A stretch of DNA of 64,000 nt from Paracoccus sp. (in: a-proteobacteria) (GCA_030538425.1 JAUNTZ010000001.1:55454-119453), one strand, 5' to 3'. Positions 9,334 to 18,246 are shown, numbered from the stretch's first letter. Numbers and translations are program-made. The notes: a model not told the origin generated them from the sequence alone.

Positions 9334-10166
9334 GGTTTTCAGAAGAAACGCGCTATCCGCATCCCGTCTTGGCGCAGGACACAGGGGATTTCACCGCCGG
9401 TGAATTTGACGTGACCTTCACCCTGAGCGAAGACAAGGCAACGGGGGCGCTTTCCATTCAGCACGATGTAAACCTAACGGAAGACGGGATTCGGAAACTC
9501 GTCGAAACCGGTAAGGCGTCGGTAGGCTGCTTTGTCCGCTGCGCGGATACGTATCATACCGAACTGCGCACTCTGGCGTGGCCCACCGGTCGTACCGACT
9601 TCGCTGCCGGAGTTTTGCTGAACAGGGTAACCTTGCGGCCAATCGTCTGGTTGAACGACACGCTGGCTGGCTGGGATCCGGGGACCATTCACCCGGAATT
9701 TTCACCACCGGTTGATCTCGGCCGCGGGGATATCATCGCGATCGGGGAGGAACACATTATCTCGGTCGGACAGGCCAAGCTTGCTCCCATCGAAAGCATC
9801 TTCGAACTGGACCGATCGCCGGAGATCCCTGAAGGTACGTTGCAGGTTGATCTCGAGCGAGACCGGATCACAATCCTCGCCGGGGAAAGGACGCACGAGA
9901 CCATCATGCTCTTGCGCGACCAGAAGACCGGGAAACCTGTGGTCATGAACTCTGTCTACCTTCCGGCAGTGATGGAAGTCCTTGATGCGCTGCAAAGTGG
10001 AGCAGACCAATACGAGTCATATCGCTGGCATGTTCCGTTCACGGCCCGCTGTGACGCCCGAGGCGTTGATCCAAAGACGGATACATCCATCCTCGAGAGC
10101 GCTCAGAAACTTCTCGATGGCCCAGTAAGCGGACTGGAGCAGCTGATAGCGGAGGCAGACAGATGA
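9330..10166 (+). CDS. Hypothetical protein (278 aa), translationally coupled
   Basis: ATGA overlap with the upstream gene; N-terminal RYPHPVL...GDF; intact ORF. Confidence 0.85.
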   Translation: MRFSEETRYPHPVLAQDTGDFTAGEFDVTFTLSEDKATGALSIQHDVNLTEDGIRKLVETGKASVGCFVRCADTYHTELRTLAWPTGRTDFAAGVLLNRVTLRPIVWLNDTLAGWDPGTIHPEFSPPVDLGRGDIIAIGEEHIISVGQAKLAPIESIFELDRSPEIPEGTLQVDLERDRITILAGERTHETIMLLRDQKTGKPVVMNSVYLPAVMEVLDALQSGADQYESYRWHVPFTARCDARGVDPKTDTSILESAQKLLDGPVSGLEQLIAEADR

Positions 10167-10915
10167 CGGTATCGCCGCTCAAGTATCTTTCTGAAAGAAA
10201 GCTTTCCGAGCTTAAGGAGAGCATCGTCGCCAACCGTGACCGGTATCAGGCCGGCGATTTCCTAGATCTTGAGCATGACAACGGCTGGGCAGTGGAGACC
10301 AGCACGGTTCAGGTTGATCATGACTTGCTGGCGACTCTCGATGGTACAGCGAGGACCGCAGCAGCAGACATCGACAACTCCCTAATCGTGTTTCAGGCCC
10401 TTCACGGTATGACGCCTGCGCTCGCGCGGGAGGAGCGTGTCTGGGCCAGACTGACGCACATCGAGTGCCTTGGCTACGCGCGGGACAGGTGGCTGTCGAG
10501 GAAAAGCGGTGAGCAGCTCGACTTCCAAGTCAGGATCCATGCGTTCGCTCAAGGGCTTACCGCAATCCGCGACGACAATGCTCTATCCCGCCTCTGGTGG
10601 AACATGCACATCGCGAGCATCGCAGATCCGGATGATCCCGAAGGCGCGTTGCGACTCATCCTGAAGACCGCAGACATCCGTAGCAACTTTGTCGAACGCA
10701 CGAATACTGCCGCTCGAAAACCCCTTGCAAGAGCCGTTGTCCGCGCTATGCGAAAAGACACTTGGGTTACAGCCAGCGAGCGATCGTTCAGAGAGTTCAT
10801 GATTGCTTTGAACCGAGATGGTGGCGGGATCCTGTTCGAGGCGTTGTCTGACGACGAGGCTGATGCTCTGATTGACGTCTGTGCGACCCGAGCGAAGGCA
10901 CACTTGGCACGGTAG
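10163..10915 (+). CDS. DUF6339-like protein (250 aa)
   Basis: ATGA overlap; DIDNSLIVF...LAREERVWARLTH...RDRW...NALSRLWW motifs recalled for DUF6339. Confidence 0.7.
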   Translation: MTVSPLKYLSERKLSELKESIVANRDRYQAGDFLDLEHDNGWAVETSTVQVDHDLLATLDGTARTAAADIDNSLIVFQALHGMTPALAREERVWARLTHIECLGYARDRWLSRKSGEQLDFQVRIHAFAQGLTAIRDDNALSRLWWNMHIASIADPDDPEGALRLILKTADIRSNFVERTNTAARKPLARAVVRAMRKDTWVTASERSFREFMIALNRDGGGILFEALSDDEADALIDVCATRAKAHLAR

Positions 10916-10965
10916 GCAGCTTGACGCGACCAACCTCCGAGACCTCTGCTCCACGCTCGAGGGAA

Positions 10966-12543
10966 CTATGAGGCTTTCGAGACCGTGGGGCTACTTTGGA
11001 CCGGCCTTTCGCGTGCCAGAACCTTATGGAGTAAGGCGGCGATGTGCCTCGCAAGAAAGGGCGGCACGGCGTTTCCAACCTGGACATACTGCTGTGTGCG
11101 GTTGCCGAGGAACAGATAATCGTCGGGAAAGGTCTGCAGACGAGCGGCTTCGCGCACCGTGAGGCTGCGGCACTGGATCGGATCAGGATGAATGAAGTAG
11201 TGGCCGTCCTTCGAGATGTGGCTCGTGACCGTGGTCGATGCCTCGTCCGCCAGCTGAACTCGGAAGCGGTCGTTGAAGACTCCAGTGTGCCAGTTGCGGT
11301 GATCTGGGCTGAGCACCAAAGGAAAGTCCGCGGCCTTCGGGCTGTAGCCACGGACCGTCCCAAACACGGCAGCAAACAGGTAGCGACCCAGATCCGACGC
11401 CATGTGCCCGCGCGTCTCGTGCTGGGCGATCGCGCGAAGTTCCGGTCGCTCGATCCATTGCAGCAACTTATCGTTCGAAATGCCATAGTCGTCCGGCAAC
11501 CGTTTCGCCACCCGAACGGTAGGCGTATTGTCCTTCAGTCGCTCTGAAACGGACAGGAACGCTTCACGGAGCGCCCGGTTGTCCTTCCCTTTGGAGATGC
11601 CGGCCAGCAGCTTCGCGGCGTCGAGGACTTCTCCTCGCCAAGCAGCCGCATCGTCGAGTCCGCGGCTGATGCCGCTTCGCAAGGCGGGCATGGTTCCGAT
11701 GACATCGCCTACCGTCCGCACCATGCCGGAGATGGCGATCTCGGCATCAGCTGCCTTGCCCGCGAGGTCGGACCGGATGCCGACAATGATCACCCGGTGT
11801 CGCCGCTGCGGAGCTCCGAATGCCTCGGAGCGCACGACGAAGTCCGATGGCTGCACCGCATCCCGCAGGCTGGCCTTGCCATCCTCTACCCGGATGGCAC
11901 GAAGTTCGTAGTGATGGGCGTGACCCGTGCCGAGCGAGGACAGATCCTCCATCAGCATCTCGAAGACTAGCCGGCTCTCGACCGTGGAGGAGAGCATGCC
12001 CTTGACGTTTTCCATAACGAAGGCGGCCGGGCGAAGCTTGTCGAGGACCCGTATGTACTCGCGAAAAAGGTAGTGCCGCGCATCCTCCTCCGGGACGTAA
12101 TCGACCTTGCCTCTGGAGCGGACGCGTCCCACTAGGGAATAGGCCTGACAGGGCGGGCCGCCTATCAGGATCGTGTCATCGTATTTTGCTTTCAGCGTCG
12201 CGATGGCGCCATCTATTGCGGTCGCCGCAGCACCGGTGCCGAGCTCAAGCGCGCGGGCTTCCTCGATGGCGTGCTGCCATGCTTCGGCATCGATGGCTGA
12301 CCAGTCCGGTTCGGACACCAGCCCGGCATGAAAATCGATGAAATCTTTCGGCAAGCTGCCATGACGTGCACGGTACTCGCGCAGGAAGGCGCGCAGCGTC
12401 AGGGTCCGATGGGCCGATGCCTCCTTCTCGACCGAGATGCCGATCCGGAACGGCGTGTGACCATCCTCGACAAGGGATGCAAATCCCTCGCCAAGTCCGC
12501 CGGGGCCGGCGAACAGATCGACAATGCCGAAAGTGGAAGGCAA
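10966..12543 (-). CDS. dcm: DNA (cytosine-5) methyltransferase
   Basis: Motif I DLFAGPGG, IV GGPPCQ, VI MENVKG, VIII QRRHRV, IX RSLTVREAARLQTFPD, X QVGNAVPP; TTG start. Confidence 0.95.
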   Translation of the reverse strand: MPSTFGIVDLFAGPGGLGEGFASLVEDGHTPFRIGISVEKEASAHRTLTLRAFLREYRARHGSLPKDFIDFHAGLVSEPDWSAIDAEAWQHAIEEARALELGTGAAATAIDGAIATLKAKYDDTILIGGPPCQAYSLVGRVRSRGKVDYVPEEDARHYLFREYIRVLDKLRPAAFVMENVKGMLSSTVESRLVFEMLMEDLSSLGTGHAHHYELRAIRVEDGKASLRDAVQPSDFVVRSEAFGAPQRRHRVIIVGIRSDLAGKAADAEIAISGMVRTVGDVIGTMPALRSGISRGLDDAAAWRGEVLDAAKLLAGISKGKDNRALREAFLSVSERLKDNTPTVRVAKRLPDDYGISNDKLLQWIERPELRAIAQHETRGHMASDLGRYLFAAVFGTVRGYSPKAADFPLVLSPDHRNWHTGVFNDRFRVQLADEASTTVTSHISKDGHYFIHPDPIQCRSLTVREAARLQTFPDDYLFLGNRTQQYVQVGNAVPPFLARHIAALLHKVLARERPVQSSPTVSKAS

Positions 12544-12610
12544 ATCAGGTTCCTATCGAATTTCATTCAGCCGGTGTATACTAGGTTCAGGGACGAAGGC
12601 TAGGACGGAT

Positions 12611-13060
12611 GTGACCGATATCGTAGACCAGCAGCAGACTCGTTCCCGAATGATGTCGGGGATCAGGGGAAAGAACACCAGGCCCGAGCTGGCTCTCAGA
12701 CGGGCATTGCACGCGCGTGGTTTTCGTTTCCGGCTTCATTCCGGCAAGGTTCACGGTCGACCGGACCTTGTCCTTCCGAAACACCGCGCCGCGGTCTTCG
12801 TGCACGGCTGCTTCTGGCACCGACACTAGGGTTGCCGCTACACGACCGTACCGGCAACCCGGGCGGAGTTCTGGCGTGCGAAGTTCGATGCGAACACCGC
12901 TCGAGATAGCGCCGTTCGCACAAAACCCTTCAACACGGATGGTGAGCGGCGACGGTGTGGGAGTGCGCATTGCGGAGGCCGGGTCTGGTTAGCGCCATAA
13001 CTGATCGTCACGTTACCTAGCTGCTCGCGAGGACGGTGGGTATGGAAATTGGTGGAGGCG
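12611..13060 (+). pseudogene. vsr: Very short patch repair endonuclease, inactivated
   Basis: MTDIVD...RSRMMSGIRGKNTRPE...GRPDLV...FVHGCFWHRH then TAG (12827-12829); GC...FW..KF..N..RD continues, then a frameshift before VWECAL. Confidence 0.9.
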
Positions 13061-13092
13061 ATATACCGCAAAGCGGGATCGTCGCCACAGAT

Positions 13093-13935
13093 TAGGGTCA
13101 AGATTCGTTCTCGCATCATAGCCAGAACATGAAGATTGCGGCTAGGGCGACGGCGGAGGGAAGACCTTGGGGTATCGGTCGTAGCGAGTGGGAGCGCGCC
13201 GCGAATTCTTGAGGCTGTCGAACATGATCTCGATCAGGCTACGGCGCTTGTCGTGTTTGATGGGTTTGCCGCGCGACTTCCGGCAAGGGGGTGCAAGGCT
13301 TTATCCCTTTGTCGTTCAACGCTTCCCTGAACCAGTTGGCATCATGGCCGCGGTCGGCCAGCAGCCATTCCGCCTTTGGTATGCTGCCCAGCAGGGCCGC
13401 TGCGCCGGTGTATTCACTGACCTGGCCTGCGGTCATGAAGAACCGGATCGGGCGGCCCTCGGCGTCGGTGCCGGCATGCAGTCTGGCGTTCATAGCGCCC
13501 TTGGTTGACCGATCAGACGGCCCCTCTGGTCGCCTGGCCGCCCTTTTTCGACCGCAGGCTGGTCGTCGTGCGATGCGCCTTGAGGTCGGCCGCGTCGATC
13601 ATTACTGTCTTCAGAGCAGCGGCTTCGGCGGCGGGGCTATCCATCATTCGGGCGAAGACACCCTTGTCGCTCCACCGCTTCCAGCGGGTGTAGAGGGTCT
13701 TGCGTGGGCCATGTTTCTTCGGCGCATCGTTCACCGCAATTCATTAATATTAATAAATATTATGCCGCTCAGTGCACGCCTGTCATCAACGCGCGGCTTG
13801 CCGTGGCTCTTGGGAAAGAATGGCTGCAAACGGGCCATCTGCACGTCGGTCAGTCAGAAAAGGTTGCTCATGATGCAGTCTCCTTGCGGAGCTTGAATCA
13901 GGCCGCGTCCGCAAGATAAATGGGTTCTGCCCCTA
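13093..13935 (-). mobile_element. IS5 family (IS427-like) element, degenerate
   Basis: Transposase pieces MARLQPFFPKSHGKPRVDDRR, KTLYTRWKRWS, VMIDA..LKAHRT, LLADRGHDANWFR; imperfect terminal repeats TAGGGTCAAGATTC / TAGGGGCAGAACCC about 840 bp apart. Confidence 0.85.
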
Positions 13936-14250
13936 GGAATGCGGCTGCTTCACCGTTACCCCACTGCCTGCCTTGCCGAAACGGATAGTATTCGATTCCG
14001 GCTCCTTCTCGACGCGCGCCCCTGATAGCGAAGTGTTTAATCGGGTGTGGAGTAAATTAATACACTTCAATGACTTAAAGGAAACTCATCAAATCGGAGC
14101 AGTCATCAGGTCGAGAGAGTATCCGCTATAAGAGACCGGTTCCGGCCCTCCTGATGCAAGGGCCAATGCTCACCCCGCCCGCATAACCCTCGCAAATAAC
14201 GAAAAATCCGGCCGCGGCCGGACCCTGACAACGCTTTCGCAATGTGCAAG

Positions 14251-14340
14251 TGGCGGACGGTGAGGGATTCGAACCCTCGAGACGGTTCCCCGCCTACACA
14301 CTTTCCAGGCGTGCGCCTTCGACCACTCGGCCAACCGTCC
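14251..14340 (-). tRNA. tRNA-Ser(GGA)
   Basis: GGACGGTTGGCCGAGTGGTCGAAGGCGCACGCCTGGAAAGTGTG...GGTTCGAATCCCTCACCGTCCGCCA; 90 nt with long variable arm and encoded CCA. Confidence 0.97.
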
Positions 14341-14379
14341 GTGGCGCGCTTTCTAGCCGCTAACACGGCGACCCGCAAG

Positions 14380-14967
14380 TCAGAGCTTGGCGATTTTATC
14401 CTGAAGCGCGGCGAGCTGGCGGCGGATCTCGGTCATGTCCTCGCTCACATCTCCCGTCTCTGGGGCGGCGCGGGCCGCAGGCGCCTCCGCATCGGCATCC
14501 GGCGCCGTCGTGCCGGGCTTGGTCCAGCCGCCCATCATGGTGCGCAAGAACGCCTGTTGCTGGCGCTGCAACTGCTCAAAGCCTGGCATATGGGCCATCG
14601 GATTGGCCATCCCGGCCATGTTTTCCATCATCTTGGACTGGCCCTCGCGCAGCATCTCGAAACTGGCGGCCAGAAATTGCGGCACCACCGATTGCGCCTG
14701 CGTCGTATAGGACCGCACCAGATCGGTGAGAACATCGACCGGCAGGACGTTTTCGCCGCGGCTTTCATGCTCGGCGATGATCTGCAGCAGATATTGCCGG
14801 GTCAGATCGTCGCCGCTGCGCAGATCGACGATGCGGACCTCGCGCCCCTCGCGGATGAAGGCGGCGATATCCTCAAGCGTCACGTAATCGCTTGTTTCCG
14901 TGTTATAAAGCCTGCGGCTGGCATAGCGTTTGATCAACAGAGGCTGTTCCGGTTGCGCCTTGCCCAT
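14380..14967 (-). CDS. phaR: Polyhydroxyalkanoate synthesis repressor
   Basis: LLIKRYASRRLYNTETSDYVTLEDI; position in pha locus. Confidence 0.95.
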   Translation of the reverse strand: MGKAQPEQPLLIKRYASRRLYNTETSDYVTLEDIAAFIREGREVRIVDLRSGDDLTRQYLLQIIAEHESRGENVLPVDVLTDLVRSYTTQAQSVVPQFLAASFEMLREGQSKMMENMAGMANPMAHMPGFEQLQRQQQAFLRTMMGGWTKPGTTAPDADAEAPAARAAPETGDVSEDMTEIRRQLAALQDKIAKL

Positions 14968-15006
14968 GCCTGTGCCCTTTCAAGATGCGTTTGCAGCATT
15001 TTGGGG

Positions 15007-15018
15007 CTGCGCGTGCAG
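15007..15018. promoter_or_regulatory. PhaR box upstream of phaR
   Basis: CTGC-GCGT-GCAG fits the CTGC-N3-4-GCAG PhaR motif. Confidence 0.55.
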
Positions 15019-15067
15019 AATTGCAAAGAAAATCCGCAGCAAGCCGCGGGACTCGCGCCAGAACATG

Positions 15068-15095
15068 AAAAAAGGGCGGTCAACCCGCCCTTTTT
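15068..15095 (-). terminator. Rho-independent terminator after phaP
   Basis: AAAAAAGGGCGG-TCAAC-CCGCCCTTTTT hairpin with A/T tails. Confidence 0.8.
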
Positions 15096-15118
15096 CCGTC
15101 ATGCACTGAAACCGACAA

Positions 15119-15574
15119 TCAGGCTTTGGTCGCGGTGTCGGTGGCTTTTTTCGCGGCGGTGGTCGCCTGACGGGTCGCCTTCTGGGCCACGTCCTGAGCG
15201 TCTTTGGCCAGATCCTTGCCCGCAGCCATCATCAGGTCAACGGTTTCCATCTGCAGCTTTTTCGCGACTTCGGCGAAAGCGGCCATGTGCTCGGCGGTCA
15301 TCTCGGCCGAAGCGGTCGCGAAATCGCTGACGGCTTTGGCGTAATCCGACATGTCTTCTTTCGACGAGGTCAGCTCACCCATGCGGGCGATGGTGTCCTT
15401 GGCCCACTGAGCCGAGATCTCGGTCGAGCGCTCAGCAGCCGAGAGGGCGGCATGGGCCATTTTCTCGTTCAGAGCGGTCTGGTTCTTGAAGGCTTCCTGC
15501 ATCGACGACTGGTCAACCGGGAAGTTGGCCATCATGTCCTGCATGGTTTTGGTGAAATCGTTGGTCTTCGCCAT
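15119..15574 (-). CDS. phaP: Phasin
   Basis: Ala/Met-rich amphipathic 151-aa protein between phaC and phaR; AGGAG RBS. Confidence 0.9.
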   Translation of the reverse strand: MAKTNDFTKTMQDMMANFPVDQSSMQEAFKNQTALNEKMAHAALSAAERSTEISAQWAKDTIARMGELTSSKEDMSDYAKAVSDFATASAEMTAEHMAAFAEVAKKLQMETVDLMMAAGKDLAKDAQDVAQKATRQATTAAKKATDTATKA

Positions 15575-15640
15575 GGTTTATCTCCTGGTTTGTGCGGCGC
15601 AGGGGAGGAATGGCCGCTTATTTCCGTGAGCCAAAGATAG

Positions 15641-15683
15641 ATGCTGCGCCGCAGCATTTCAAGTCTTTATGCTGCGGCGCAGC
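15641..15683. promoter_or_regulatory. Tandem PhaR operators upstream of phaP
   Basis: ATGCTGC-GCC-GCAGCAT (15641-15657) and GCTGC-GGC-GCAGC (15671-15683). Confidence 0.8.
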
Positions 15684-15725
15684 GAAAAATTCACATGCCC
15701 GTCACAAAGCCCGGGCATGTTCGAT

Positions 15726-18107
15726 TCACCACGCTTTTTCATGCACATAGGTGCCGGGGGCAGGGGATATTCCGGCCTGAGGCTCACGGGCGGCCACCAT
15801 TTTTCCCGAATTTTCGGCCAGCCATGCGCCCCAACGCGGCCACCATGTGCCTTCGTGAAACGTCGTCTGTTCGCGCCATTCCTCGGGCGTGCCGGAAAAA
15901 TCATCGCTGCCTGCGTAATGGCCGTATTTCCCCTTCGAGGGCGGGTTGACGATGCCCGCGATATGGCCCGATTGCGCCAGAATAAAGTTGCGATTGTCCG
16001 AGCCCATCTGCGACACGCCCCGCCAGCTGTGCTTCCACGGCGCGATGTGGTCCGTCTCGCAGGCAATCGCAAAGATCGGGATTTTCACATCCGAGAGGGT
16101 GATTTTTTTGTCCGCAATCGGATAGCCGTCGCCGACCAGACTGTTCTGCTGGCACAGCAGGCGCAGATATTCGCGCGTCATCCGGCCCGGCAGGTTGGTG
16201 GCGTCACCATTCCAATACAGCAGGTCAAAAGCGGGCGGTGCCTGACCCATCAGATAGGATCGGATCGCAGGCCCCCAGACCAGATCATTGGCGCGCAGAA
16301 AGCTCATCGTGCGGCCCATCAGGCGGCCGTCCAGATAGCCGGTCCGCAGGGTCTCGGATTCGATCCCGCTGACGAAATCGTCTTGCAAAAAGGGCGTGAA
16401 CTCACCCTGATCGGCGAAATCGGTCAGGGTGGTGAACAAGGTGGCCGTGCGCACCATGTCCTGACCCTGCTGCGCCATGAGGCCAAGGGTCAGCGAGAGG
16501 GTGGTGCCGCCGATGCAGTAGCCCACCGCGTTCAGCTGTTCCTGCCCGGAGATCTCACAGACCGCAGCCATCGCGTCGCGATAAGCGGCCACATAATCGT
16601 CCAGCCCCACATCGGCATGGGAGGCATCGGCATTTTTCCACGACACGACAAACAGCGTGAAGCCCTGATCGACCAGCCAGCGGATCATCGAGTTCTGGGG
16701 CTTGAGGTCGAGAATGTAGAACTTGTTGATCCATGGCGGGAAGATCAAAAGCGGCACCTCATGCACCTTGTCGGTGGTGGGGGTGAACTGGATCAGCTCA
16801 TACATGGGGGCGCGGCGAACGACCTCGCCGGGTGTGGTGCCGATATTCTCACCGACCTTGAACGCCTCTCGGTCGGACAGGGTGACGACCAGTTCGCCGT
16901 TATTTTCCTCGACATCGCGGACAAGGTTTTCAAGGCCGCGGACCAGACTTTCGCCTTCGGTCTCAAGCGCCATTTCAATGGCATCGGGGTTGGTCGCCAG
17001 AAAATTGGTCGGCGCGAACATATCGACGATCTGATTGGTCAGCCAGTCCAGCCGCTGCCGCCCCGTCGCATCGGGCATGTCCAGCATCGCGGCCGCCTCA
17101 CGCATGGCGGCGGCGTTGATCTGGTATTGCTGCTTGACGAAGTTGAAATAGGGATGCGTGTCCCAAAGCGGATTGGAAAAGCGGCGATCCTTTTTCGGCG
17201 CGTCCTCAGCCTCAACCCTGCCGCGCACGAACTGGCCCTGCGCGCGGGCATAATGGGCAAGGGTCTGGCCCCAGAAGCCGACCTGCTGTTCGATGATCTT
17301 TGCGGGCTGTTCGGCCCACATCCGGGTCAGGGCCAGACCGGCGGACATGAAGAATTCCGGGCCCGGCGCATCGACGCCCGGATCGTGCAACTCACGATTG
17401 GACAGCGCCGACATGAGCCGGGTGGTCAGCGCCTCGATCCGCTCCAGATTCTCGGCCATCAGGGTGGAGGCGGGGGCAGGGTCGGCCCCGTCGCCCAGGC
17501 TGACAGCGGGAGTGACGCTGGCGGCGGCGCGCAGATCGGCCTCGGCCTTGGCGACGGATTTTTTGGGTTGCGGGGCGGGGGTGGCCCGTGCTGCGGTTGC
17601 TGCCGGTTTCGAGGCTTTGCGCGTCCTGGCCGGTTTGTCGCCGGTGGCCGCTGCGGCGCGAGTGGTGGGCTTGGCTTGCGTCTCGTCGGCCTTCGCCGCT
17701 TTGGCCGACTGGCCGGGCTTGGCCTTGGCGGTCGCTGTGGCACGGGGCGCGGGTTTCGCTTGCGTTGCCGTGGCCTCAGCCGCCGGTTTTGCCTTGGCCG
17801 TCGCCGCCGCGCGGGCTGCGGGTTTCGCGCGCGCTGAGGCGGCCTTTGCTTCAGCCGCCGGTTTCGCAGCTTTGCGCGACGCGGCGGGTTTCTCCTTCGC
17901 CGCCGCAGCACGGGGTGCAGGCTTGGCTTGCGCGGCCTTTGCAGTCGCCTTGGCGCCCGACTCGGCCTTCGGCGCCTCACCCCCCGGCTTGTTCGCCGCA
18001 GAGGCTTTTGCGCGGGACGTTGTTCTACCAGAGGCAGAGCGCGCGGGTCGTTTGGTCGCGCTTGTGCCTTGACCCTGCGTCACTTTTCCGTCGTCATTGC
18101 TTGCCAT
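15726..18107 (-). CDS. phaC: Class I PHA synthase with long Ala/Lys/Pro-rich N-terminal extension
   Basis: DRRFSNPLW, PPWINKFYILDL, lipase box GYCIGG, DHIAPW, SGHIAG; GGAGG RBS before ATG 18107. Confidence 0.95.
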   Translation of the reverse strand: MASNDDGKVTQGQGTSATKRPARSASGRTTSRAKASAANKPGGEAPKAESGAKATAKAAQAKPAPRAAAAKEKPAASRKAAKPAAEAKAASARAKPAARAAATAKAKPAAEATATQAKPAPRATATAKAKPGQSAKAAKADETQAKPTTRAAAATGDKPARTRKASKPAATAARATPAPQPKKSVAKAEADLRAAASVTPAVSLGDGADPAPASTLMAENLERIEALTTRLMSALSNRELHDPGVDAPGPEFFMSAGLALTRMWAEQPAKIIEQQVGFWGQTLAHYARAQGQFVRGRVEAEDAPKKDRRFSNPLWDTHPYFNFVKQQYQINAAAMREAAAMLDMPDATGRQRLDWLTNQIVDMFAPTNFLATNPDAIEMALETEGESLVRGLENLVRDVEENNGELVVTLSDREAFKVGENIGTTPGEVVRRAPMYELIQFTPTTDKVHEVPLLIFPPWINKFYILDLKPQNSMIRWLVDQGFTLFVVSWKNADASHADVGLDDYVAAYRDAMAAVCEISGQEQLNAVGYCIGGTTLSLTLGLMAQQGQDMVRTATLFTTLTDFADQGEFTPFLQDDFVSGIESETLRTGYLDGRLMGRTMSFLRANDLVWGPAIRSYLMGQAPPAFDLLYWNGDATNLPGRMTREYLRLLCQQNSLVGDGYPIADKKITLSDVKIPIFAIACETDHIAPWKHSWRGVSQMGSDNRNFILAQSGHIAGIVNPPSKGKYGHYAGSDDFSGTPEEWREQTTFHEGTWWPRWGAWLAENSGKMVAAREPQAGISPAPGTYVHEKAW

Positions 18108-18246
18108 GAGCCGTCCTCCCCCGTATTCTCCAAGGTTAATTCTAGCGGTCGGGCCAAAAGTCGCAATGGTTTCCCGGCCTCTGGAGGCACATAATGAATG
18201 TAATATGGCAGCGCCCGCACCTCGCGGCTTATCGAAGGCCCCTTAG

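Larger units (their letters stand above)
1..14250. mobile_element. Decayed genomic island integrated at the 3' end of tRNA-Ser; left boundary outside the window
   Basis: Abuts the tRNA CCA end at 14251; contains AlpA, HTH, DUF2924 and serine recombinase relics, an IS5 and defence-type cargo; core pha genes start on the other side of the tRNA. Confidence 0.8.

Noticed and set aside
12827-12829. Programmed readthrough or pyrrolysine at the vsr and recombinase TAG codons
   Set aside because: Both genes also contain frameshifts and other stops; ordinary decay is sufficient
14242-15330. 362-aa ORF spanning tRNA-Ser and phaR
   Set aside because: Antisense to a tRNA and to well-supported genes
15669-17837. 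722-aa plus-strand ORF and similar long antisense ORFs (30245..31960, 35038..36456, 25633..27057)
   Set aside because: Typical high-GC antisense frames opposite phaC, glcB, glcD and res
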